A stretch of DNA of 64,000 nucleotides from an uncultured delta proteobacterium (GTDB lineage: Bacteria > Desulfobacterota > Binatia > UBA9968): assembly GCA_963727625.1 (NCBI GenBank), contig CAVSHR010000011.1, forward strand, positions 358,894 to 422,893, written 5' to 3'. The translations under genes and the position numbers were made by a program. Below are positions 28,901 to 39,482 of this stretch, in pieces. The notes under the pieces are model-generated. The model made no database searches. It was not told the origin of the DNA and was given only the letters and a program-made list of their open reading frames with translations. Each line of letters starts with the position of its first letter. The first letter of the stretch is position 1.

Positions 28901-29917
28901 TTACTTGTTTGTTCCCAGCTCTTTAAGGGATTCTTTCAACAAATCTCGCGCAACGAACTGCTCAAGGTCGGGAAGCGGCTTACCCTCGGGCCAGCCGAAC
29001 CTCGGCGTAGCCCGAGACTCAAACAGGTTGCGGAGAAGTTCCGGCGAGATGTCGGGATCATATTTATCTTTCAGCTGATTGTAAATTGCTTCGGCGATTT
29101 TCGGCTTTTTAATACCGAAATACTTCTGGATCACTTTGACGGTTTCATCCTTGTGGGCCGGGATATACGCTTCGGCTTCCGCTATGGCTTTTATAAAACT
29201 CTTGACCACGGCAGGCCTTTTCGTGACGGTGTCCTTAGTTGTCCAGACAGTGCCCCCCAATCTTGGCAGATAGTCTCCAGTCCTTACCAATATCTTGAAT
29301 CCCTTATCTTCGGCGTTGGCGGCGTGGGGGAGAGACAGCACCGCACCCTGGATATCGCCATTTATGAGCCCGGCAATGCGCTCGGGCTCACCAGCAAAGC
29401 TGATTACCTTGTAATCCCTCCCTGGTTCCATCTTAAAGAACTTGCCTAACGTAATCGTTCCCTCGTCGTAATCAGCAGAGCCCGGCCGGCCAAGACCAAT
29501 GGTCTTGCCCTTTAGATCTTCAACTCTCTTGATCTCTTGAGTCGTCGTGATCGTCCACAGGGAGATTGTCGATTGGCCAACAACTAGGATGATCGGAGCC
29601 CCTTTCAGCATCGCAAGAGAGCCTCCGCCCGGGATCGGAACGAAATCGACCTGTTTGCCCATGCCTGCGGTGACAAGGGCCTTTCCAGTCATAGCGACGA
29701 ATTTTGCATCCAATCCTTGTTTCTTAAAAAAGCCTAAATCATAAGCTACGTACGAAGGGATATGAAAGCCGCTCGCTCCCGTGGTGCGGCCTACGGTTAT
29801 TTTGACATTTGCTGCTTGCGCCGTGATATTCTGCACTGTGAGCGCTAATAGTAACGCGCCGCCAAAAACACCAACCTTTGTCAGCCACGATCTAACTTTC
29901 AAATGAGATGTCAACAT
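28901..29917 (-). CDS. NitT/TauT (NMT1-like) substrate-binding protein
   Basis: Signal peptide, GFFKKQGLD and DLKGKTIG; convergent on the permeases. Confidence 0.88.
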   Translation of the reverse strand: MLTSHLKVRSWLTKVGVFGGALLLALTVQNITAQAANVKITVGRTTGASGFHIPSYVAYDLGFFKKQGLDAKFVAMTGKALVTAGMGKQVDFVPIPGGGSLAMLKGAPIILVVGQSTISLWTITTTQEIKRVEDLKGKTIGLGRPGSADYDEGTITLGKFFKMEPGRDYKVISFAGEPERIAGLINGDIQGAVLSLPHAANAEDKGFKILVRTGDYLPRLGGTVWTTKDTVTKRPAVVKSFIKAIAEAEAYIPAHKDETVKVIQKYFGIKKPKIAEAIYNQLKDKYDPDISPELLRNLFESRATPRFGWPEGKPLPDLEQFVARDLLKESLKELGTNK

Positions 29918-30087
29918 GGGGTTTCCTCCTTCACATAGGCAGCTTAGCCATTCAGCGGAGCTAAATTAATATTTCACGCATATAACTCCTAAAACCGCTC
30001 TATCAAGTTTGCCTTTGCAATTCAAACCTAAGCATAAGGGACTGATTTGATATCAGCAAAAGTTTTTGACGCAAGAAAAAAAGCCCC

Positions 30088-31404
30088 GTGGAGTGCGCCC
30101 CATTGACTGGAGAGAAAAGCAGAGAATTTGGGGTGGGTGCGATCGGCTCAACCAGCGGGCAAGATGGACCCGCAGCAAGGAGTCGGTCGATGGGAAAGCA
30201 GCGACGGAAATTCGAGGCAGGGTTCAAGCAACAGATCATCGGCGAGGTGGAGTCGGGGTTGTTAACCGTGAGCGCCGCTACTCGTAAGTATCAGATCTCG
30301 GGCAGCGTGATCGATCGGTGGCGGCAACAAGCCCGGCAAGGAACTGTTCAAGACTTCGCCAGCGTGCGGGAGAAGGCCTTGGAACCTGAGAACCGCGAGC
30401 TCAAGGAGAAGCTGGCCGAGCTGGATCTGGAAAACGCCCAGTTAAAAAAACTCGGGGACTGGCTACGGCGGCACAAAAGCGTCAGTACCTCGGTGATCAG
30501 CGCGCAGAGTTTGGCTCGATCGTCCAAGGACTTAAAATCATAAAGCTGGCATCGAGCAGTGACTACTACCGGCCGCTGACCGATCTCCAAGAGCGAGATC
30601 GAAGTGACGCTTTACTGCGTGATCAGATCGAGCGGCTCCAAGGGGAGTTTCCCGGCTACGGCTATCGGCGGTTGGGCCGGCAGCTACGGCGCGAAGGGAT
30701 TGTGGTCAACGACAAAAAGATCCGTCGCATCCAGAGGGAATACCAGCTATTTCCCATCCGCTGGCACAGTTTCAAGATCGCCAGCACCGATTCGAATCAT
30801 GGGTACAAGATTTATCCGAATTTGCTCAGGGGGAAAGACTCTGACGGGAATCAATCAGGTCTGGGTAGCGGACCTCGCCTACATCCGGATCTTGACGGGG
30901 TTTGTCTTTCTGGCGGCCATCCTGGATCGATATTCCCGTAAGGTCATCGGTTGGGCGATTTCCAAACGAATCGATGCCGAGCTGGGCTTGGCAGCTTTGA
31001 AAACCGCTCTGGAGACACGAAAGCCCCCGCCTGGCTGTATTCACCACTGTGATCGCGGGGTGCAGTACGCCCCTGGCGGGAATATATCGCCCTGCTCGAA
31101 GCGGCCAACATGCAGATCAGCATGTCGAGAACCGCCCATCCCTACGACAACGCCCACATGGAATCGTTCTTTAAGACGCTAAAATACCAAGAGGTCCACC
31201 TGGCCAACTACCAAACCTACGACGATGTCCTGCAGAGGATTCCCCATTCATCGAGGAGGTGTATAACAGCAAACGACTGCATTCGGCCCTGGGGTATCTA
31301 CCGCCAAAGGAATACGATATGGCACTTCGATCAACCACAAAAACTACTGCTCGCCCCTCCCTCAAATCTCGCTGAAATCTCTCCAGCCGAAGGGCGCAGT
31401 CCAC
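30088..31404 (+). mobile_element. IS3 family element, copy 1 (OrfA 30190-30543; OrfB frameshifted)
   Basis: IRs GTGGAGTGCGCCCC..CTGGAGAGA and TCTCTCCAGCC..GGGCGCAGTCCAC; WVAD, DRGVQY and DNAHMESFFKTLK motifs. Confidence 0.92.
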
Positions 31405-31755
31405 GGATCATTTACAAGATGCTCGAGGAAGAAAGAGGGTACCAGATTCGCTCTGAAAAGGGGGATACCCAAGCCAGGGTCAGATCGAGATGGTGCGTTA
31501 AAACGAAAATACGGAGGCCGAAACTTTCAGCGAAGAACTAAAAATAAACATTTCGTCAACAGAGCCCGTACGGATCACTTGTCTGCTTGAAATTTCCAGC
31601 GGGATGATCGGGTCTCTCGATTCTTAGATTTCCTTGCCAGTTTAGGGAGACCCGACTTTCGGGTGAGTCCTTGAGAATCAAGAGCCCTGACCTCGTCATC
31701 TCTCCAAATCCTCACTGAGGTGCAGAGGTAATTTTTCTCTAATCGCGGCTCGCGT
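31405..31755 (+). mobile_element. Possible IS110-family 3' remnant (transposase tail plus structured non-coding end)
   Basis: RIIYKMLEEERGY resembles the IS110 C-terminus; followed by two bulged stem-loops. Confidence 0.4.
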
Positions 31756-31775
31756 GTTAGTGGACGGTGTTTGGG

Positions 31776-32060
31776 CTACGAAGCGGTTTTGGCTCCATGA
31801 CGCGGGGCGACCGTTTTCCAAAATTTGTCGTGGGAAACACCTTTGCCCGCCTTTAAGCTTCTCCGTGATTTGTCGAGCAAGAACTGGAAACGGCGCGAGT
31901 GCGCTAATATCAGCCGTTCCAGATCGTCGTCGTCTTTAGGGGCAAGCAATATGGCCGCGGCCTTGCCGTTGCGTGTGATGACGACCGGACCTTCGTTCTC
32001 ACATTCGTCTACGTAAGCACTGAGATGGGCCTTCACGTCCGTGAGCGCTGCGATCTTCAT
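31776..32060 (-). CDS. Phd/YefM family antitoxin
   Basis: VKAHLSAYV and GPVVITRNGKAAAIL motifs. Confidence 0.88.
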   Translation of the reverse strand: MKIAALTDVKAHLSAYVDECENEGPVVITRNGKAAAILLAPKDDDDLERLILAHSRRFQFLLDKSRRSLKAGKGVSHDKFWKTVAPRHGAKTAS

Positions 32061-32361
32061 AATTCAAACTCCTGGCCGCCGATATAAAGCCGATTGCCAA
32101 TACCGAGACGACTTTATCCTCGTGGTTCACATCGTAGAAAACACGGAATGTATTCTTCGGCCCCAAGCGTAATTCCCATGTAGCGCCGAACGAGGCCGGT
32201 TCTTCAAACGGTTTAAGATTTTTTGTCGTCGCTTCCGGGGCGTTGGAAAGTTGCTCCCTGATCGTTTCTGCTTCGAGGCGATGGTGCTTTCGCTCGATCG
32301 CTTTCAAGTGTTCATAAACCTCGGGCGCATAGTTGAGCGTAAATTTAAACCGCCGCGCCAT
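32057..32361 (-). pseudogene. RelE/ParE family toxin with a small C-terminal deletion and frameshift
   Basis: WELRLG..FRVFYDV..VLAIG; native end YIGGQEFEL* (ATGA-coupled to the antitoxin) now lies in another frame. Confidence 0.75.
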
Positions 32362-32571
32362 TGACCACAATGATAGTCACTCAGCTCTCGAAGTCTAATT
32401 TTTATCAACAAAAAAAGCGACGGCTACAATAAACTGGTTAATGTGCTGGAATTGGGCTTGGGTCCTGCAATCACACATTTGTATTGCAAGAGGATTCCCT
32501 TTAATCCCCCAACCCGTAGCCAACGGCGATTTCGTAACGGCGTCGCGAGATACTAACTCGGCGGTCCCAGG

Positions 32572-33759
32572 TCACGGATTGTTGAGGATCGGTGGCGGGA
32601 CCGAGTCCGGGAGGAAGGCGCTGGCGAGGCTCTTCTCTCCGTTTTGCACCGCGATGATCCAAACCGTCTTCAATGACACGTGGTTTTGGGGGCTGAACGA
32701 GATCGTCCCGGTGACGCCTTTGAACCCCGCGGTATCCTCTAGGGCGTAGAAGATTTGCCTCCGGGTTTGGGCTCGTTGCAAAACGTCCAGCATAAGCCGG
32801 GCGGCGTCATAGCCGAGAGCAGCGAAAGCGTCAGCGGGTGCGGTCCCGTAGGCGTCGCGATGCGCGGCAATGAATTTCTTTACCTCGGGCGTCCCGGTTT
32901 GCTCCGATAGCCAGGCGTGCGTCGTGAACCAGACGTTGGTGGTCGGACCCGGATTACCTTCGAGGAGCTTGGGAGTATCCAGACCGTCCCCGCCGATAAT
33001 CGGTTGTGTGACGCAGGTTGCTCGGAGCGAGGCCACTACGTCGCCGATGCAGTCGGGAAGTCCCGCGAGGTAGACGAAGTTCGGTCGCTGTGCAACGACT
33101 TGCTGCCCGAGCGCGGTGATGTCGCATCCGCCTTCGTGGAAGGCATCCAGGAGCACGTTGCCACCGAGCTGCTCTAATCGCGTGCGGAAATAGCGCGGCA
33201 AGGTTCGTGAGTATTGAGAGGTGGAATCTCAAAGGATCGCCACCGAGCTTCCGAACTCCCGTTGGCCAAACTCCGCCGCTGCCGCGGCCTGCGCATTGTC
33301 GCCGAAAGGCGTCAGAAAGATGCTGTTGCCGACCACCTCTGGAAGCGCGGGATCGGTAGCTCCAATGGACAAAAACGGCACTCTCGCGCGCTGGAAGATG
33401 GGGCCCGCTATCAAGACAGAGTCGTTATCCGTGAAGCCGCCGGCGAGCGACACGATCGAGACACCCTCTCTGGCGGCGGACTCGGTGGCCTTCGGATCCG
33501 ATTTCGTATCGATGAGAGCGGTGAAGGGAATAGGTCCTTGTTCATTCCCATGCTGGAGTCCGAGCACGAAACCGTTCATGGCCGGGCGACCAATGCTCGC
33601 CTGGGCGCCTTGAAGGTCTAACAGCACAGCCACCTGCGCAATCTGCCTGTGGCGATGTTCCATCTGGGCGGAAGCGAACGCTGGAATGATCACGGTACCA
33701 ATCAGTGCGAAAACCAGCACGGTTGCCGGGTGTGGGTGTGGAGAAGCATTCCTAAACAT
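32572..33759 (-). pseudogene. Branched-chain amino acid (LivJ/K-like) binding protein split by an in-frame TGA at 33229-33231
   Basis: GATDPAL, FGDNAQA, AIL*DSTSQY, GGDG, ALGYDA and FKGVTG in a single frame. Confidence 0.8.
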
Positions 33760-33982
33760 GCCTTGAAAGAGCAAGGATTACGGGGCCTGACGTACGCATC
33801 TCGCTCATTTCCAGTTCTCGCCGAGCCATCCTCGATGCCAGTTTTTCTATCCGGAAAGCCATTGTTGGTCAGGTCACGCAATCAAACAACTCGCAAATAC
33901 AAGCTCTCCATGGTACAGCCGCTTGGTTTGGTATCTCCCGCTGCGGTTTATTATTTGACGCTTTTCACCCACACGCTCGACA

Positions 33983-35272
33983 TTATTTCGTTGGCGGACG
34001 CAGGAACAGACTGAGCACGGCGGAGGTGAATAGCATGCCGATGAAGATATTGAAGGACAGGTAGTAACTTTCCGTGTAGTCGAAGAGCAAGCCAAAGAAC
34101 GGCGGGCCGCCGGCTGAGAACACACTGGTCACCAGCGCGCCCATGCCGCGGATTTTTCCCAGCGAGATGCGGCCGAAAAAATCGGCCCAAATGGTTTCCG
34201 CCAAGATCGCCGTGCCGCCCATACCGATGCCGTAGATAAAAAAACCGGCATAGAGCGGCAACAACCCGGGCAGGGAGATCGCCACTAATAGCCCGGCGCC
34301 TTGGAAAGCGCATTTGGCCATATTGAGGATGCCGTTATCCATGCGGTCGGCGAGCATGCCCCAGAGGATCGGCGTACTGAGCTGCATGACCGCAATAATG
34401 CTCATCACGGACGCGGCCACCAGAGTTGAATGGCCTTGATCGGTGACATAGGAAAATACATGGAGATTGAGCCCGGTGACGCCGATCTGAGCGACGCCGA
34501 AGGTGCTGGCAATGAGCCAGAACACCGGCGTGTGCAGCGCTTCGCGCCGGTTCCACTCGACATTGTCGGCGCCGGTGCGCTTGGCGTGGCGTGGTTTTTT
34601 TGGTTTTGCGACTTCCGCTTTCCGCTCCACCGGCCCGCCGTCCGGCAGCAATCCCATTTCTTCCGGGGAGCGGCGCATAAACAGCAAGGCCGGCGCGACC
34701 ACCAGCAACAAGGCGAAAACGCCGAAGACCACCCAAGAGCCGCGCCAGCCGACGTAAAGCATCAGCGTCGCCGCCGCCACCGGCATGCAAACTTTGGCCA
34801 AGCCATGGCCCATGCCGGCGATCGCCAGGGCGCGGCCGCGCATGCGCACGAACCAGCGCGAGATCGAAACATTGACTACCATGGAGCCCATCAGCGAATC
34901 GCCGGGACTGACGAGCAGCCAACGCACCAGCATGAACTGGATGAAACCCCGCGTTTGGCCCAGACAGATAAAACCGGCGCCGGAAATCAAACCGCCCGCC
35001 GCCATCAGCCAGCGCCCGCCCCAGCGGTCTATCAACGTGCCGACCACCGGCGCCGCGGCAGCGCCGATGAGAATTTCGCCGGACCGGATCAGCGAAAAAG
35101 TCCCGCGGGAAATGCCGAGATCGGCGGACAACGGTTTGAGAAACACGCTCAGCGTGCTGGAGATCGAAAATGCCGAGGCGATGTGGGCGAGAAAGCCGAC
35201 GACGACGATGACCCAGCCGTAGTAGATAGACTTTTTCTTTGCCGGTTGCTCGAGCAGGGGCGAAACGAACAT
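33983..35272 (-). CDS. MFS transporter (OFA/MCT-like)
   Basis: YYGWVIV, DRWGGR, WFVRMRGRAL and PEEMGLLPDG motifs. Confidence 0.9.
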   Translation of the reverse strand: MFVSPLLEQPAKKKSIYYGWVIVVVGFLAHIASAFSISSTLSVFLKPLSADLGISRGTFSLIRSGEILIGAAAAPVVGTLIDRWGGRWLMAAGGLISGAGFICLGQTRGFIQFMLVRWLLVSPGDSLMGSMVVNVSISRWFVRMRGRALAIAGMGHGLAKVCMPVAAATLMLYVGWRGSWVVFGVFALLLVVAPALLFMRRSPEEMGLLPDGGPVERKAEVAKPKKPRHAKRTGADNVEWNRREALHTPVFWLIASTFGVAQIGVTGLNLHVFSYVTDQGHSTLVAASVMSIIAVMQLSTPILWGMLADRMDNGILNMAKCAFQGAGLLVAISLPGLLPLYAGFFIYGIGMGGTAILAETIWADFFGRISLGKIRGMGALVTSVFSAGGPPFFGLLFDYTESYYLSFNIFIGMLFTSAVLSLFLRPPTK

Positions 35273-35752
35273 CTCTAGCTTGTAGCAAGGATCGCAGCGA
35301 ATCTACAAGACGCGGAGCCAAAGCGTCGCAGGATTGAGGGAGAAGGTGTTAGATGATTTCTGATTCACGGTAATGAACTTAAAATTGTAATGACTGTGAT
35401 TCTGCTGAAAAAGTCTTTTTCGCAAAATCAGATCAAAATATTTCGCGTACAGATGCTCTCTCTTCGAGAGCTTTTCAACTCGCCGATCAATATTTTCGTT
35501 GACTCCCGACTAAGCGACTGTGATTCTTCGAAGGTCTGATTGTGCCTGACAGCACTGGTCGCATTCCATTCTTCTTCATCTTGTTACCCCTTAACGATAG
35601 TCCACTATTTGACAACGGCTCGGCCCGGTTCCAGTTCTGACTGAGTCATTCTCGATGCTAGAATTTTCTAGCCGCAAGGGCGTTTGACAGGAGTTAGGAT
35701 GCCGGCCATTGTATAGAGGACAACTTCCCTAACGCCCGATGGAGAGGAATCT

Positions 35753-36658
35753 ATGAAGACGCTGCGATTGGAAACCACTGCGCCGTTCCAAGGCTTGGCC
35801 GAGCTGGTGGCCTATGACGAGGGTCTGTTCGAGAAGGAGGGCATCCAGATCGAGTGGATGGACCGGGAGAAGGGCGTCGACAAAAGCCCGCAGCTGCATA
35901 TCACCGATCATAAGGAAGTCTCGCGCTACACGAGCCACGGCAAGATGATGGAGCAGGGCCAGGCCGACCTCTACAACGCTTGCGAATGGGGCAATTTCTC
36001 GCGCGTTGAAACCACCAGGGTCGGCAGCCGGCAGGTTGGCCGCCGTTCCATGGTGAACTTCGCCGGGATCGTCGTCCGCGCCGATTCGCCCGTGCAGGTG
36101 CCGCAGCAGTTCGCCAACGTGCAGATCGGCGTGCCCTTTTATAGCGGCACGCACTATCTCTGCCTGCAGATGCTGGAAGGCTTCGTGCCGCGCGAGCTGA
36201 TCAAGATCGGCCGCGTGCCGAACGGCTCCAACTACCGCTTCAAGATGCTCATGGATAAGACGATCGAAGCGACGACCCTGACCGAACCGTATATTTCGCT
36301 GGCCGAGAAAATGGGCTGCCGCGTCGTCATCTCGGCTTTCCACCACGGCACTGACGTTGCGTCCGACCGTGTGGACGGCGAAACTTACGCCGCCTTCAAC
36401 CGCGCGGTCCGCGAGGCGGTCCGGCGCATCATGGCGAACAAGCGCGCCTATATGCACTACTTCATCGACTACTATCGCGATAAAGATCGGCAGATCAGCC
36501 AGCTCACCATCGACGATCTGCGCGAGAGCCGCCTTTTTCTAGTCGATCCGGCGCCGATCCCGGCGGACGAACTCCAACGCACCTACGACTGGATGAAGAG
36601 CTGGGATTTCCTCGAGACAGCCCCCTGCGCGACCGATCTCGTCAGCGTGAGCGCGTAA
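35753..36658 (+). CDS. NMT1/THI5-like periplasmic-binding-fold protein without signal peptide
   Basis: VAYDEGLFEKEGI, ACEWG and EPYISLAEK; RBS GAGAGGA. Confidence 0.75.
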   Translation: MKTLRLETTAPFQGLAELVAYDEGLFEKEGIQIEWMDREKGVDKSPQLHITDHKEVSRYTSHGKMMEQGQADLYNACEWGNFSRVETTRVGSRQVGRRSMVNFAGIVVRADSPVQVPQQFANVQIGVPFYSGTHYLCLQMLEGFVPRELIKIGRVPNGSNYRFKMLMDKTIEATTLTEPYISLAEKMGCRVVISAFHHGTDVASDRVDGETYAAFNRAVREAVRRIMANKRAYMHYFIDYYRDKDRQISQLTIDDLRESRLFLVDPAPIPADELQRTYDWMKSWDFLETAPCATDLVSVSA

Positions 36659-37128
36659 GCACGGCTATGAGCGAGAGCCTGGGTCAGACAGGAGTCAATG
36701 AATCAAGGTCAGTGCCTGGGATCTGGCTTCGATGACTGACGATAAATAACCCCAAACCTACTCGGCGCAGGTGCATGATACCGCCGAACGCCGCTCCGCG
36801 GTCGGCAAAATTTTCCCCTGACTCGATGAGTCGTTCGGCGATCTTTTGCTCAACATGTCATCTGAGTTCTTCGTCGAATTTTCGATATACTTCAGATCGG
36901 CGCCCGGGTAGCGGTGCATGACCTCCCAGACATTGAAAGAAAATCGTGACCATGACTCGATTTTAGCTCGCTTCGATTTCTGTGCCTTCGAGCTCAAGGT
37001 GGACGGAATCCGGCAAGAGTAGAGGACAGACTTTTATATCCATACGGTTTTCAGAGCTTTGGGCATACTAGTGTGATTCTCTATTTTTACTGACGTTTTT
37101 CTTCGTGAATCTTCTCGCGACTCAGCGC

Positions 37129-37238
37129 GGGCGCATAGAGATAAGTATTCATGCCGCGCGGCGCTCCCGCCATGCTCCATGGCGCCCCGAAGAATCCTTC
37201 GACCACGCCGCGGCGCGGAAATATACGCCTGGATTCAT
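37129..37238 (-). pseudogene. 5' remnant of a GH84 O-GlcNAcase gene (second copy)
   Basis: Manual translation MNP/RIFPRRGVVEGFFGAPWSMA-GAPRGMNTYLYAP, versus MNPARTFKRRGIVEGFFGAPWSMA..GAARGMNTYLYAP at 16320. Confidence 0.85.
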
Positions 37239-37329
37239 CTGATATTCATCTCTAATATACGCGCTTTCATGGCAAGCATCGCTTGCCAAGTCCGGCGTCG
37301 TTGCGTAGGATCGAGCGGGTTGTTATCGC

Positions 37330-37842
37330 ATGACGATGTTTTGCTTGTTTGGAATTGTCTGCCTGGTATCTTTCTCAACTGTACGGCCGGTGCATGCGAC
37401 GCAAGCCACGGCCGATGCCGAGATCAGAGTGCTGCGCGGTATGATTCGCATTCCCGCCGGAATATTTCTCATGGGCAGCAACGACGGTCCCGACGGCAGA
37501 AAATTCTCATGGGGCCATGAATTGCCGGAGCGCAGGCGCGCGCATTTCAGCGCGGGCTGGAACGAGCTCCGCGCTGTGGGCAGTTTCCCTCAAGGGGCCA
37601 GTGCCTATGGCGCGCTCGATATGGCGGGCAACGGTTGGGAATGGATCAGCAGCGGCGATCGGCCTTACCCGTATTATGGCAGCGATGGGCGGGAAGTCTT
37701 GACAGAAGCGCAAGTGCGCGGCACAAGGGGGGGCGGCCACGAGGCGCGGCCCGATGAGTTGACCACGAACCAGCGAGGGCGCCAGGTGTCGCGTCATCCG
37801 CGCCGCGGTCATTACAACCTAAGCTTTCGTTGCGCGCGCTGA
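37330..37842 (+). pseudogene. FGE-sulfatase (SUMF1) domain protein with internal deletion
   Basis: IPAGIFLMGSNDGP joined directly to DGRKFSWG; DMAGNGWEW, RGG and SFRCAR present; RLPTEAEWE segment missing. Confidence 0.75.
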
Positions 37843-37863
37843 GTCTCCGCGGTTCCGGTTCTC

Positions 37864-38508
37864 ATGTCGATTTACCTCTTGATGCAAGGCGTGGTGATGG
37901 GACTGGTTGTCGCAGTGCCTGTGGGGCCGCTGGGGCTGCTCTGCATCAATCGTGCGCTGATGTTGGGAGCGACCTGCGGGCTATTTTCCGGCTTGGGCGT
38001 GGCCACTGCTGACGCACTGGCCGCGGGGATCGCAGCGCTCGGCATTACGTTGGTCTCCGGTTTTCTTCTCACCCATCAACTGCTTTTGCGTCTGTTCGGC
38101 GGTTTGTTTCTCTGCTATCTCGGTTACAAAATTTATCGCACCGAGCCGATTACCCAGGTGCCGGTCAAGAACATCAACGGTCTCTTGGGCGCCTACGTCA
38201 CCACTTTTCTACTGACCTTCTCCAATCCTGTCACGGTTCTCTCCTTTGTCGCGATCTACGCCGGCTGGCATGTGCCGAGCTTGCATGGCCATTACATCGC
38301 GGCGGCGACCCTGACCTTGGGAGTTTTCACAGGATCCGCGCTCTGGTGGGTAGGCCTGTTTATCGGTCTCACCGCATTTCACGATAGATTTAATCTGCGT
38401 TTTCTTTTTTGGGTGCACCGTGTTTCCGGTGCGGCGATTGCGCTTTGCGGTATTGTCGTGCTGTTAAGCCTCTGGCCGTGGAGCCAGAGTTTGAGGTTAG
38501 AATTTTGA
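37864..38508 (+). CDS. LysE family exporter
   Basis: AVPVGP, GLGVATAD and LTFSNP motifs. Confidence 0.9.
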   Translation: MSIYLLMQGVVMGLVVAVPVGPLGLLCINRALMLGATCGLFSGLGVATADALAAGIAALGITLVSGFLLTHQLLLRLFGGLFLCYLGYKIYRTEPITQVPVKNINGLLGAYVTTFLLTFSNPVTVLSFVAIYAGWHVPSLHGHYIAAATLTLGVFTGSALWWVGLFIGLTAFHDRFNLRFLFWVHRVSGAAIALCGIVVLLSLWPWSQSLRLEF

Positions 38509-39482
38509 GCGCGGGCCAGGAAGCGATCCCGATTCCCAGCCGTGGGCGGGGCATTCCGGCGGCGTTTAATTTGACCGTCGCTTTAATTTACGTTGGCGTC
38601 AATCTTTACCAGTTTATCATCTTGCCGTCGCGGCTCTTGCCCGTGAGCCTGGCCTGGGCCTGGACACTCGTGCCGCTGGCGTTGTTGACGAATCCCTATT
38701 GGAGCCTGTTGCACGAGACGATTCACGATTTGTTCCATCCGCAACGCGGCGTTAACGCGTTCTTTGGGCGCCTTTTGTCCGTCTTGTTCGGCGCGCCGTT
38801 TCGCATTCTACGGATGAGTCATCTGCTGCACCATAAACTCAATCGTTTGCCGGTCGAGGGCACGGAATATTACGACCGGGAAAAGTGCACCAAGCCGCGC
38901 GCCACGCCGGGTTACTACTTTCAGATCTTATTGGGCCTCTATCTGGTCGAGCTCCTGAGCCCGTTGTTTTTTTTCTTGCCGCGGCGTTGGCTCGTCTGGT
39001 TTCACAAGCGCTACATTCCCACCGGCGGCGTGAGTAGCCTGTTGATACAGAATTGGCTGGGCGCCGAGTCGCTGCGCGAAATCCGCTTCGACGGTCTGCT
39101 GACCTATCTATGGCTGACGCTTGCTTTCTTGTGCTACGGCGAGCACTGGCCGCTGCTCGTCGGAGTGTTGCTGGCGCGGGGATTTCTAATCTCGTTTCTC
39201 GATAACGTTTATCATTACGCCACGCCGGTGGGAAATATTTTCTACGCGAAAAATCTTCGCCTGGCGCAGCCGTTGAACAAATTGCTGCTGAATTTCAATC
39301 TGCACGGCGTGCATCATGTCAACCCGGCGATTCCCTGGATCGACCTGCCGAACGCCTTCGAGGCCGAAGGCGGAAAATTCCACGGCGGCTATTTCGCCGC
39401 TGCCTGGCTTCAGCTAAAGGGTCCGATCGCAGTGCAAGATTTGCCTCAAGGATCACCGGCGGTGCGGCTGCGGCCGTTCTAA
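38505..39482 (+). CDS. Membrane fatty-acid desaturase-like di-iron enzyme
   Basis: His boxes HETIH, HLLHH and HGVHH. Confidence 0.88.
   Translation: MSAGQEAIPIPSRGRGIPAAFNLTVALIYVGVNLYQFIILPSRLLPVSLAWAWTLVPLALLTNPYWSLLHETIHDLFHPQRGVNAFFGRLLSVLFGAPFRILRMSHLLHHKLNRLPVEGTEYYDREKCTKPRATPGYYFQILLGLYLVELLSPLFFFLPRRWLVWFHKRYIPTGGVSSLLIQNWLGAESLREIRFDGLLTYLWLTLAFLCYGEHWPLLVGVLLARGFLISFLDNVYHYATPVGNIFYAKNLRLAQPLNKLLLNFNLHGVHHVNPAIPWIDLPNAFEAEGGKFHGGYFAAAWLQLKGPIAVQDLPQGSPAVRLRPF

Noticed and set aside
22768-33231. Genome-wide TGA=Trp recoding
   Set aside because: TGA is the true stop of many intact genes (arsC, acr3, uvrB, ATGA overlaps) and TGG is used normally.
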